Source: Utricularia gibba (Eukaryota > Plantae > Magnoliophyta). Taken from it: 64,000 bases of DNA. Location: positions 434,001 through 498,000 of the forward strand of contig NEEC01000009.1 of the NCBI GenBank assembly GCA_002189035.1. Reading direction: 5' to 3'. Of this stretch, positions 25,401 to 37,004 are shown in pieces; the first letter of the stretch is position 1, and each line of letters starts with the position of its first letter. The position numbers and the translations under genes are program-made. The notes beneath the pieces are model-generated. The model ran no database searches and had not been told where the DNA came from. It worked only from the letters and a program-made list of their open reading frames with translations.

Positions 25401-25470
25401 AAGCATTACACTTGGCAGGAAATCCTCCGATCCCGAGCAACATCTTGTTGATCCATCTGAGGACAAGTGA
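10476..25470 (+). CDS. SWEETIE: SWEETIE / HEAT repeat-containing protein 5 (HEATR5/Laa1 family), ~47 exons; one apparent -1 frameshift at 16861-16864
   Basis: Starts MAKQPVKESVQLSRFGVLVAQLESIV. Exons traced by hand with GT-AG boundaries (AAQCLGELY, EISSCQETATLLE, DKHLRYRTRVFAAE, DWLVLQLQEIISLAYQ, YYPSYAEWVSCK). Last exon starts at 24691. Confidence 0.95.
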
Positions 25471-25689
25471 ACTGTAACACAGGGGCATGCTTGTGGTTCG
25501 GTTTTTCAGTTGCTTCTTATGCTTGCGGATATGAAAGGTGAAAACATGATCTCTTTCTTCTTGGCTGGTACACATGATTTTTCAGACAATTCTCAACTGA
25601 AAGTTGCAAATAGTCTTGTTGTGAAATATTTATTGTCTATTGAAAGGGAAAAAGAAATTGGATTTCCGCGGTGAAGCATTGAAATTGCT

Positions 25690-26549
25690 TCAGGAGGGCT
25701 GAGGGTGAAGCCCCAGTCCCATTTCGCACGCGCCGCCGCAGGCTGCTATCGCTTTCGGCTTCACGGCGGCCTTCACCGGTCCCAGCCCTAGACTGAGATC
25801 CAGCTCAATGTCTACGACATCGTTCTCTCCACCGGATTCAACGTCCGTCCCCTGGGAGCTCCGGCACGCGCTCTCTCTCTCCGTAATCTCCGCCGCCGCG
25901 GACTGATGGCTCAACGTAGACCCGTGGCTCGGCGACCGATCCTCCTCTGATTCCAGTTGCTGGCGCGCTCCGGAACGCTTGAATCGGGAGCTGGGCCGTA
26001 CGCGGTTCAGGGCCATCGCACCCGAAAACTGCTTCTTGTCTTTTTTGCAGACGTGCCTGATGTCGCATCCTTTCAACGCCGGCGCGTCGGAAGCGGCAAT
26101 CTTTTCAATCGGGACTCCTTTAAGAACCGCCTCCACCGCCTCCTGGCAGAGCTGCCACTTCCCCGACTCCAGCAAACCCACAGACCCGTAAACCGGATTC
26201 ACGATCCTCCCACAGGCTTCGTACAACAGAGACCTGAATATAGCTGTTTTTTTTGACCCACAGGAAAGAAAGAAAAAGAAAAATCAACATCAGAAATCCA
26301 AAAAGAAAAACCATATTTGTAAACCCCAAGAAGACGGCGATTCTCCGGCGACTGACCTTGGCGGAGGCGCGGAGGCTTTCCAGCATTGATAAGGTTGACG
26401 AGACCCGTACGGCCATAGAACTTGGCGAGGAAGACGGTGGCGTTGGCCTGAGCATCGGGGCTTCTGATCCACTCCAAGCTCTCCCTTATGGTGCAGGCGT
26501 CGCTGCAGCCCTTCCGCAAAACTCGGCAGCCATTGCAACTCAGCCGCAT
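25690..26549 (-). CDS. LBD41: Class II LOB-domain protein (LBD40/41 clade); join(26549-26357, 26243-25690)
   Basis: [19 protein letters not shown]...[17 protein letters not shown]...[26 protein letters not shown]-terminal EAR-like LDLSLGL. Confidence 0.92.
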
Positions 26550-26614
26550 ACTGACTGCTTGCTCTCACTCAATCAAATTGTGGTGTGGTGGAGCTCCCAA
26601 TACCGATAGATGGC

Positions 26615-26766
26615 CGCATATATACCCAGAGAGGATGGCGCGTGGCACGCACGAGGGGCCCCAGGGACCCTCCTGGTTTGTTGGAAAACTAGGTGCGGAG
26701 AGAGGTTTTCCGGTTTCCGGATTTGGAAAGCGCGAGCCTTTCTGTGGGCTGACTGGTTTTTGGTTT
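26615..26766 (-). promoter_or_regulatory. LBD41 promoter: TATA-like element plus three AAACCA (ARE/HRPE-core) motifs
   Basis: TGGTTT on the plus strand at 26674, 26754 and 26761. TATATA near 26618-26624, 70-220 bp upstream of the ATG. Confidence 0.55.
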
Positions 26767-27037
26767 CGCCAACTTGACAGTTCTTGGCCATAGCTGATGC
26801 TTATCATCATCCATTTGACATTTATTCCCCTCCCTTCCCTTGCCTTCTTCTTACCACCTCGTCCAAGTGTAATGAATGAGTATCCGGGCGCCCCTTCCCA
26901 TTGGGCAGGATCTTTTCCTTTTCCTCCCCCACCGGAACCTCCTCCTTTTCCTCTGGTTCTCAGCCACTCAACACACAGTAGCAGCACCCGCCCATTTTAC
27001 ATAATATTACAAAAAACAATCATATATCTAAATTGAA

Positions 27038-27065
<28 letters not shown>
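27038..27065. repeat. (TA)n microsatellite
   Basis: About 14 TA units, seen directly. Confidence 0.95.
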
Positions 27066-27069
<4 letters not shown>

Positions 27070-28857
27070 GATTATAGATTAATATTAATTGATTGAAGTT
27101 AATATTTTCTAATGTAATTTATGTTTATTATATGCTTGAACTTAAAGTATATTTATCTGATTCATTAAGTATTTAATTTCAACATGATATAATGTCATCG
27201 TTTAGATAATCAAGATGGATTTTCTATTAGTCTGAGTTTCAATTAACAAAAAAATAAGGAAATACATTAGTCTTAACTGACAAAAATTAAATTAGTTTAT
27301 AATCTGATCATTACTTACAATTTCACAAAAAAATTAAATCAAATATCAATTCCACTTGAAGATAATATTAAAACAAATAATCATATATCAAAAAATAAAA
27401 ATAAAATAATAAAGTGTATAAGATATTACACATCACTAATAATTTGATTGTACTCAGTTTTTCTTAATATAATCTATATTTTTTTGTGTATTTGTGTTTT
27501 ACAAATGTTCTACTAACCAATCTAATTATTAATTAACACATACATATATATACACACACGTACATGTGCAGGATGCAACTCTTTTGCATAACGAAGCATC
27601 GACAAAGACCACATATGGAGCATGGAAAACGTACAAGGACCACGATGCCTACCAGTTTGGATTCCGGCGGACCTGAACTTCCCTGATTTCCCCGCGTAGA
27701 CTCAGTCCCATCTTAACACAAGGGATGGGATGTCCTGTCCCCTTCCATGTACCTTGGATTTGGGTTTCACCTTCTCCTTCAACCGCCTTCTGTGCAATTC
27801 CAGGAAACACATCAGCGAAAAAGATACGGAAGGCCTGCAACCTTGCGGCGCCAATCACGAACGGCTCTTGTCTAGTCGCTCAATGAACAAATGCGCCAAA
27901 AAAGATAATCAATTTAGATGGGATGACCAGTTTCGCCTCTCTCTCTGACCCCATTTCCCAGCTTCAAAATGGGCCTCAAAGCAGCGGCTTCCGCCACCGC
28001 CGCGGCTCCTCCGTCTCCATTTTAGCAGTCTTTCTGCGACACAGAGGCAGCCCCCCGAGATTAAGCAAATGGGCCTTGAAATTGGGCCTTCCAAATGAAA
28101 AAGACGATGTCCGTACCAATTATAAAGATATTATTAAGTAAAATTAAAATAAAAAAATCGTCGGGCGGGGCCCGAAAATATTCTAAACAATGGAACGTCA
28201 CATGGCATGATGTGACAACGCACTCACATTCATTATGATTCCATGTATCATGTTTCATTACCTCACAAAATAAAAAAAAATATCGGAAATTATAAGAATC
28301 TGAGAAAAAATCATGTGTGTATCTTTGAGTATATTTTGTAGTATCTTTTAAAAAATAAATCATGTGTAATTTTTATAAAAAAAAGCCTTTCTAATATAAG
28401 TCAAAAATTGCATTTAGATAAATATAATAAATGTAATATATTTGAAAATTATTTGAATATCTGTTTCACGATTTTAGCAATTTAAAATTTATAATTTTGA
28501 AATTTGAAGATTAAATTTTTTATATTAATTTAAACTTGAAGTATTTTTCTTGTAATTTTATCTAGATAATAACATCAGTAAATTAATTTACAATTCATAT
28601 TTTGCATGTTTATTCTATTGAAATTTCATTTTTATGCATCATAAATTGGAAAAAGAAATTTAGTAATTCAATGGTTGTTGTGTAGCAGTGTGGGATTGAA
28701 GAGGGACATGAAATTTAGTTTCAATATAAAATAAAATTTCAATTAATTAATATAATATTATAAAGATGATGTAGAGTATTTGACTTGTAAATTTCCTCAG
28801 AAAACAGAAAACAGGAGTGAGGAGGTTGAGGGAGGAGAAGGGATCTGAAGAGTGGAG

Positions 28858-30398
28858 ATGGAGGAGTATTTGGACTTGTTCGTTGAAGAAACGTCGTGGT
28901 ACAACGACATTGTTCTGGGTTTCTTTCTACCGAAGAGTTGGTGGGTGCCTCTGCCTCACTTCTTCAGAGGATGGCTACGGAACTTTGTGGGCGGTACTTT
29001 ACTCTATTTGATTACTGGGGTACTGTGGTGTTTCGTAATCTACTATTGGAAGCGCAATCTCTACGTTCCAAAAGGTGGGTTTTTGCATTCATTAATCAGC
29101 TGTTTTCGCTTTCAATTGCTAATTTTGGGATTCATTCTGTAACTCCATTTTTTTTTTCACTTCTGTTGGTGAACGCTGAAACGGGGCTCCATCTCTGCAT
29201 CTATTATTGTGAACGATTCTTGGGATACAATGATTTTTAACCTTCATTCTGGATTGCTATCATGCTTGATCCCAACCCAAGTGGATGAAGCTCACTCCAA
29301 CAAGTTTTCTTCTGGGGGAAGGTGCAAGTATTTTGAAAAAACAAAAGCTTTAAAGTGAGTGCTTTGTGCTTCTGTTGGCACAGAAGCGACATTCTGCTCT
29401 CAAGCATGCTTCTCTAGTCCAACAGCTTTTACTAGGGATATTAAGGAAGGATGAACAGTCTTTTCCCTTGGGAGTGTTTACTGCGTGTTCTACATGCATA
29501 TTCTGAGAAGCGCTTAATGTGTTTTTAGCCTCCCCTATGATGAGCTGGTGATGAAACTGCATCTGTTACTGATTGCAGATTCCGTCCCTTCAAGAAAGGC
29601 CATGCTTTTACAGATAGGAGTGGCAATGAAAGCGATGCCGTGGTATTCTGCACTTCCGGCTTTATCAGAGTACATGATCGAGCATGGGTGGACTAAATGC
29701 TATCCCAGGATAAGCGAAGTCGGATGGGGCCTCTACATTCTCCATCTGGCTATCTACCTTGCAATTGTGGAATTCGGAATATACTGGATGCACAGAGAGT
29801 TGCATGATATAAAACCTCTCTACAAGCTTCTCCATGCCACACACCACATCTACAACAAGCAGAATACTCTCTCCCCATTTGCTGGTATTCTTCTTGAGCC
29901 AGCTCTCTCTCTCTATGTATGTCTTACTTGCCTTAGAGTTAAGCTTAAAAACTTCTAGCATGGCTTGGCTACCCTCGATAGAGGTTGCATAAGCACACCA
30001 TGCATTCATGTGATATATATATAGTTTGGTTCCTTGAACTCTCAAAGCTGTCACTGAGTCATTTGGGATCCTTCCCACTGCGCTTTTGTATGTGCTTTTC
30101 AGGGCTTGCTTTCCACCCAGTGGATGGAATTCTGCAGGCAGTGCCTCATGTGATAGCTCTCTTCATCGTTCCAATGCATTTCACTTCCCACATTGCTCTT
30201 CTGTTCTTGGAAGGCATATGGACAGCCAACATTCACGACTGCATCCATGGAAGACTGTGGCCTGTTATGGGTGCAGGGTACCACACCATCCATCACACTA
30301 CCTATCGGCACAACTACGGTCACTACACCGTCGCTATGGACTGGATGTTCGGAACTCTCCGTGACCCGGAGGAGGAAGATGAGGCCAAGAAGATGTAG
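28858..30398 (+). CDS. STE1: Delta7-sterol C5(6)-desaturase; join(28858-29074, 29579-29884, 30103-30398)
   Basis: [19 protein letters not shown]; His boxes HRELH, HATHH, HTIHH; [18 protein letters not shown]. Introns in phase. Confidence 0.96.
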
Positions 30399-30643
30399 AG
30401 AGCCAGCAGCCCCTTCTGGTTGCTCCCACCAGTTGATGCTTCGTTGTCATCATTTGAGTGTACGTGAACTTGGAATATACAAGTTTTTCATTCATTTTCT
30501 CTTCTGCATAAGCTGGTTGAAATTGTAAGAAAGGACATGACTCAGGGGGAGAAGGTCTGGACCGGAAACAAAGAATGGAAACTGGGTATGTTGTTATCAC
30601 TGCATTCCTCTTCCAAAATTTCAGGATCTGCCGGTGAATGAAA

Positions 30644-33600
30644 TCACGGATCGCTCCGGCCACGGAGCATATCGGTGAAGCCGCCTCTCATTATGCGTCT
30701 GAACCTCGTTTCTTCAGCCTGGGCGGGGACACTTCTAGGGGATTCAGTGCCATCCGATGAAGCAATGGATTCGGTGGTTTCCTTCTTTCCGAGAAGCCCT
30801 GTATCGCCGAAGAAGCTACTAACGGAGGCAAGGCCGCCGAGATGGGAGCCCATGACCTTGCTGAATGAATCCAGTGTTCCACCCGATCTTTCCCTTAGTA
30901 TGATTTCCAGGGCTTCCTTGTGAGCCGGGTCCAGTGCTTCACTGTCTTTCAGTAGATTTTGAATCGCAGGAATAAGAAAATCCTTTACGCTCGGAGCTGG
31001 AAGATCTGCGCAAGCGTGTTGCCAGGGAGTGTTTTAGCAACTTCATCAGGATCAGGAAGCTCAAAAAGAAGCATAAAAATCGAACCTGTTGCATCCAGAG
31101 CACGAATTGATTCACAGAATGCGTTACTTCTTTCCCGGCGTTGTACGCTGCTTGAAGGGGGTGGTGATGAAGTCAACTTAAAAATCTTGGACACGAGATG
31201 TAAGAAGGCTAAGGAAAAGGGAAGCAACACCAAGAATGTATGGAGTGTGTTCATAGGAGCAGGATGCAGAAAAATACAGGAAAATAGACTTGATGAAGGA
31301 TATAGTCTCGTAGCGCATCTGTGGTATGTGGGACAGCTACCAACAACGCACGAATAACACCTATTGTAGCTTCATGTGATCCATCTTCAAGAAAAGCATC
31401 CATCTGAATTCGTATCTTGTCAATGATCTGCAAACAGGTAGCAGTCAGTGTATCTGAATCAGCATGACAAGGATCTGGAGAGGTTTGTATACCATCGTGT
31501 TCTTGAAGTGCTGTGCGACGGAACCAAATGCATCTATGCTTGCATATTTTACATTGATGTTTGGATCGGAACCAAGGGTCACAAGAGCAGGTAAGACATG
31601 AGCTGATGTTGCCTTTTCATCAAAATATGGTACCTACAAAAGAGCACGGACTTTCATGTTGGTCCATTCGGGTAATATAAGAAATACCCACAATACCATA
31701 AGAGAAACCCTACAATGACTTTCAGAAGATCTGCAGCTGTGATTTTCAGATTCGCATTAGAACTGGCCACCATTTCCCATAAAATGCCGAATACTAGCCC
31801 TTGGTGTTCTTCATTGGTACTGCAATACAGGGGGCTCGATGAATCGACATAGGAAATCATTACAGTCAGAAAAGGCCTACCTGAACACGTAGCACATGAA
31901 CCGGATGGCGTTTATGACATCACGCTTTGCTGGATCATCTTGTCCAGAATGTCGAATCAGGAGATTTCTCAGGTATTCTGCCAGGTGGTCACGCTTGGTC
32001 GGGTGTCCAAGTATGCCAGCAAGGATAAGCGGTAGCACAGCCATTGTGGCCAGCCTCTGAGAAATTATGGAATGAGGTCGCAAACCTGTGAAACACAAAC
32101 GACAGAAACATGAAACACATCAGAAACTAAAAAAATCGACAGCATGATGCGGGTTGAATGGTTCAACATCAGTACCTCTTAGTTTTGTTTGTGTCTTGAA
32201 AGGAAAGAATTTCAGGTCAGAATCATCTCCGAATGCTACCAGAAAAATCGGCAACATGATGTGGGTTGAATAGTGCTTCCCAAAATATTCAACCACGGCC
32301 AATAGAAACTGTAGATAGGCATCATCAGTTCCATTTTTTGTTTAAACACATGGGATCATAGATGAAAGTGGCAAAAACTATAAGCATCCAATGGAAGAGA
32401 GATGCCGTGTCCATTAGAGTCCAATGACCTAAGAGGCAATTAAAATACCGTTACTATATGGTTTCTTATGCCGTCTTCCTTCTGTGGCAACAAAGAGGAT
32501 AGTCGAATCATAGTTGGATAGCACTCAATATGAAACCACTCAATGATAGGCCAGGAGACATCCCCCCTGAGTTATGAACGCTGTTAATCCGTGGGGAAAA
32601 TGAAATATCTATGCTGTTATGAATATGAGTCTTTTTTATAAGCTGAAAATTTCCAGGAAAGGTCTCAATAACAAGCTTACCTTGCATACAACTCCAGTAA
32701 CTGCTCATCAAACAAAGTTCCTCCAGCTTCCAGGACAGTTGAGAATGGGCAGGTTTCCACAGCTTTCTGGTGCAGATACGGAAGCAATTCGTTAAGAAGC
32801 CTTAACAGAACATCAATGTTCCAACGTTCTCTTTCAGCCAAAACATGAAGATGTGACTCAACTGAACCATCAACTCCTGACAAAGGAGGGCAACGCTGGA
32901 AGACAGATGGTGCAAAATAGTCACAACAATGTAAGATCATTTAAAGGAAATAAGAAGATAAATACTACCAGAGAAGACTGGATCAAATGAGCGAGCAGAA
33001 CATGCACTACATGATCCAAATTATTTCCCCATTTTATCACAGCGGGAACTAAATCCTTCATTGTGGTCTCAACAACTATACCAGAGGGATCACAAACCAG
33101 TTGAAACATCACCTCCTCTACCTGTCAAAATGAATGCGAGTATTTATTGTGACCCCCTTCATATTCTCCTTGAAAATTTTTCTCCTACGGCACCAAAATA
33201 TTAGAATCATGAAAAACGCTCCATTCCTAGATCACGGAGCTTACATTGCAGGTAACTGTGATACCTTCTCCATGATTGCCTTGAAGCATATTTAGTGAGG
33301 CTGACCTTTAAATATTTGTCCGTGCTTGGGAAAAGCATCAGCAATAAAGCTAGATTATGAGCAGCAGCCTCTCGGACAACAGTAGCTGAATCCTCCACGA
33401 GTTGTTGTACTATTGACAAGATGAGAGAATCACGTATCTCTGGACGAACGTATTGTGCAAGCTCACCACAGGATTGAGCAACAAGCAGCCTACGCTCCTC
33501 ATACATATGATTAATCTAGATGCAACTTAGTGACTTCAGAAATCTTGCTCCAGCATCAGTAGTAATAGAAAGCTTAAGGTGGTGCTTACTTGTTCCCAAC

Positions 33601-36499
33601 ACTGAGGCAGAAGTTCTGTCTCAGTTCGGAGTTCTCCAACATTCATAGCAAGTGTAACACAAGCCTGATAGCATATAATTCATGAACACAAATCCACAAG
33701 AATGAAATAAAACTTTGTAAGGATTCTTACATCCATTATAATTCTTCTTTGTTGCTCATCTGGACGTTTGATAAGATTAAATAAAGTATGGGTCAAAGAG
33801 TCTCTAGTGGCACTCTCTGGATGTTGCTCAATGGCACACATGATAAGGGGAAGGAGCTCCTACAAGGACAAACTCCAGAAATTCATCATAATTGCATTAG
33901 AAATAGCATATCTGTAGCAGATATAGTCAGGGAAAACAAGCTTCTACACATTAGTGGTGTGGCAAACCTCACGATGGTTTATTAACACATAAGGCACAAT
34001 TTTCGGCAATGCATCTGAAAGAACCTGAATAGCTTCCAAACCCTGCAGGATAGGTGCCTCAAAGGTCAGCCTGCAGAGGTTTTTTCAAAGACCATTAGAG
34101 CCCTGAAAGAAACAAATCTTACAATATTTCTAGTATCTGATTCAGCCTGAGCATTTCTGGAATGCATAGGTGTTGAATAAAATGCAGGTGACATGCTTTC
34201 ACTCTTTCCAATGGAATGACCCTCACTGGGAGATATAAGCTCCTCTTCTGGTCCACCCTCTGATACATCAACTGCCTTATGTGGGACCTCTATTCCCAAG
34301 TTATCCACATCTGAACTTACCAATTCAGCAATACCAGATGGCGTATTATCAGGTGTCCGTGGATCTTCACACTTACTAACTTCAACTGAGTTTCCATCTC
34401 TCTTCACCAATCCAGTAGTGTCTTCACCAACAGAGCTTTCAACAGTACTTCCATTCTGAAGTTCATTATTATTATTTTGGATATCCTCAAGTTGTTGGAC
34501 AAGAGCAGAGCTTGATGTCAAGACAATTTTTCCAGAAAGGGACTCTTCAATACGCATTTTTAATGATGTTATTTCAGCTCTAAAATCATTTATCTCTTTT
34601 CTCTTTCTTTCCAAAGTCTTCTTCAAATTTTGAACCTGATAGACAGCTTCATCAGTGTTTCCCAATAAAAGGGAGAGCCAAAAAAAAATCTAATAAACAT
34701 TATAATGAAAAATTCACCAAGTTTTCTTTGTCCTTGATATCTTTCTGAAGAAGATCCAGTGATTTTGTCAATGTCAAGACCTGTGCATCCAACATATCTT
34801 TGCTTTTTGTCAGTGACTGGATGTCACTTTTCAGAGCATCATTTTCTTTCCTTAGAGAATCATTTTCACGCAGCATTGCTATTTTCTCCTGCATCATTTA
34901 AAATAAAGAAATCAACTAAATGTGTTTCAGCAAAAAGAGGCATATAACAAGCTCCATCAAATGAAACATATGCCAACTCTCAAAAAGTAATTGCATTTTT
35001 TGTAACTCTAAGGGGAAAGGTCTTTCATGAATTTAACATGCACCTTAGCAGCCTCTCCAGTGGAAGATAGGTATTGGTAATAATAGTGTCGTAGTGCATC
35101 TGGGACATAACCAGTTGAATTTTTCCAGTCATCGGAGTTCTGATCAGTGACCTAAGGTGAGTGAAAAAAAACTGAAAACAATTATATAAGGAACCTTTGA
35201 AACCCTGAATCTGTCTATTTTATTACTATTATTTCAGTAATTAAGCTCCACGTAGTTATGTATTATTTCAATGCTATATCAAGATCATGCTGACAACACT
35301 GCTATTAATAGCTAACATAAAACAACCCAGTCGAGTAGATATTCAAAATCGAGATCACAGTCTATGTATGTTAGATGTCCACTACGCATGATGGCATAGA
35401 GCATGGATACACCTTATCTGGCTCTTCCAACAATTTATATAGTCACCAAGTTTCTCTGGTTATTGTACTTCAAGCAAGTTTCTATCTTTATAATCACATC
35501 CAAAGTTTTTGTTTTATGGTAAGGATACCTCCTCATAAAATGTCATGGCTGTTAAACGATACCCAGCTAAAAGCAAGTATTCCTTCACTGCACAGTCAAT
35601 ATCAAATCTTTCATTGTCCTTCAAAGGGCCCAACTGTAAGGAAGACGTATCTCTGTTTTGTGGTCTATGAATCGACGCATCATTTGATGCAATATCATCT
35701 CTCCCTGAATATGAGAAATGCTGAAAAAATTAGTCAAAAAGAACTTTCAAGGAGAAGCCACTTGCGATTGTACGCAACCTATGCATATGGTGAAGATGAA
35801 GTTACCAGTTGATTCATGCGAGATAGTCTCAGTTTTTCTCAGCAACTCATCCTTGAGGTTGAGAATATCCTCTTTAGCTAAACGAAGTTCATATTCACGA
35901 ACAGCTAACCTTTCTTCCAGCAATTCCTTTTCCTCAAAGAGGCTCTGGGGATCCGCAACTATCTCGTGAAAAATACAAGAACAGGAATGGGTTTATAGTG
36001 TGCAACATTTGAAAACATACATACACCAAGGCACAAAATGTGAAACCTGTGAACCCCAAGCGGTTGAAGTCACCCAAGCAATACAGTATTCATTATATGA
36101 TACGCCACAAAAGCAACAACAAATGAAGTCTCACATTGAAATCACCGAAGCAATACAGTATTCATTATATGGTACGTCACAAAAACAATAACAAATGAAC
36201 TCTCACATTGAGAAAACTCATCCTCTAATATTTCCAAATTCAAATTGCTAGAAAAAGTGTAATTTTCCCGCAACTTGGAGCAACCAAAGAGATAGCGAAC
36301 CTTTAAGTGAATTTAGGCGGGTGATCTGATCGGGCGGGAAACGAGATGGGTCTGAAAAGAACTCTTTCAGACGAATCGCCTGATCGTCTCGGCCGTCGTC
36401 CAGAAGCTCGTGGAGAAGCTCGAATGCCGACAACAAGTAATTCTCTTCTAACAGGAAGTTAACTACCCAATTGCACTGCGAAGATCTCTCCACGTCCAT
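30644..36499 (-). CDS. RELCH: RELCH / LisH-domain and HEAT-repeat protein KIAA1468 homolog (multi-exon)
   Basis: MDVERSSQCNWVVNFLLEENYLLSAFELLHELLDDGRDDQAIRLKEFFSDP; LisH AVKEYLLLAGYRLTAMTFYEE; LPKIVPYVLINHREELLPL; C-terminus RFRRIMRGGFTDMLRGR. Exons traced by hand. Confidence 0.94.
31200..31303 (-). other. U12-type AT-AC intron in RELCH (104 nt)
   Basis: Donor ATATCCTT; branch TTCCTTAGC close upstream of the terminal AC. Splicing gives ...LRDY/LVSKIFK in frame; without it the ORF hits a stop. Confidence 0.88.
35152..35528 (-). other. U12-type GT-AG intron in RELCH (377 nt)
   Basis: Donor GTATCCTTAC after TFYEE; candidate branch TTCCTTAT ~35 nt from the 3' AG. The next exon, VTDQNSDDW, is in frame. 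Confidence 0.72.
36067..36210. repeat. 72-bp tandem duplication (2 diverged copies) in RELCH intron 1
   Basis: AAGTCACCCAAGCAATACAGTATTCATTATATG...TCTCACATTG occurs twice with few substitutions. Confidence 0.9.
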
Positions 36500-37004
36500 T
36501 CGAAATTCTTCGCGATCTCAACAATCGAAGCTACTCACGCCGGGAGCCTCAACGCAACCTCCCTTTCCCCATTGTTCGATCCCCAGATCAGAAAATGAAT
36601 CGTACGCCGTGACGCGGGGACAGTCTCGCCGAGAAGCGATTACCAAAAAAAAAAAAAAAGACGAAGTTGCCCGTGTTGCCACGTGGAGCCCAAAGCCGCT
36701 ATTTTCAGTAATTTTTTAAATCTTACTAGATAAAAAAAAAGATTTAGACAGAAAATAACTCAAATTCCAACATTACACATAACCCAAAATGCCACTGCTC
36801 CGTCCTTGAAAATACCAAACGAGTAAAGGGGTAGAAACGGAAATTGAAAGTTTGCCCGTGGCAGTTGGTAATTTAATAATGAAACTCCAAAAGAATACAA
36901 AGCTCTATCAAAAATGAAGAATGATCTTATGGCTGAGGGAGAGTAACGTGGCAGACAGATCTTGGTCCGATACCGCGATCCCACTGCCAGAAGTCTCTGA
37001 TTTG

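Noticed and set aside
25690-26800. Multiple overlapping 60-120 aa ORFs around LBD41 (similar ones around the trihelix and RELCH genes)
   Set aside because: These are alternative-frame or antisense shadows of GC-rich or repeat-rich coding exons.
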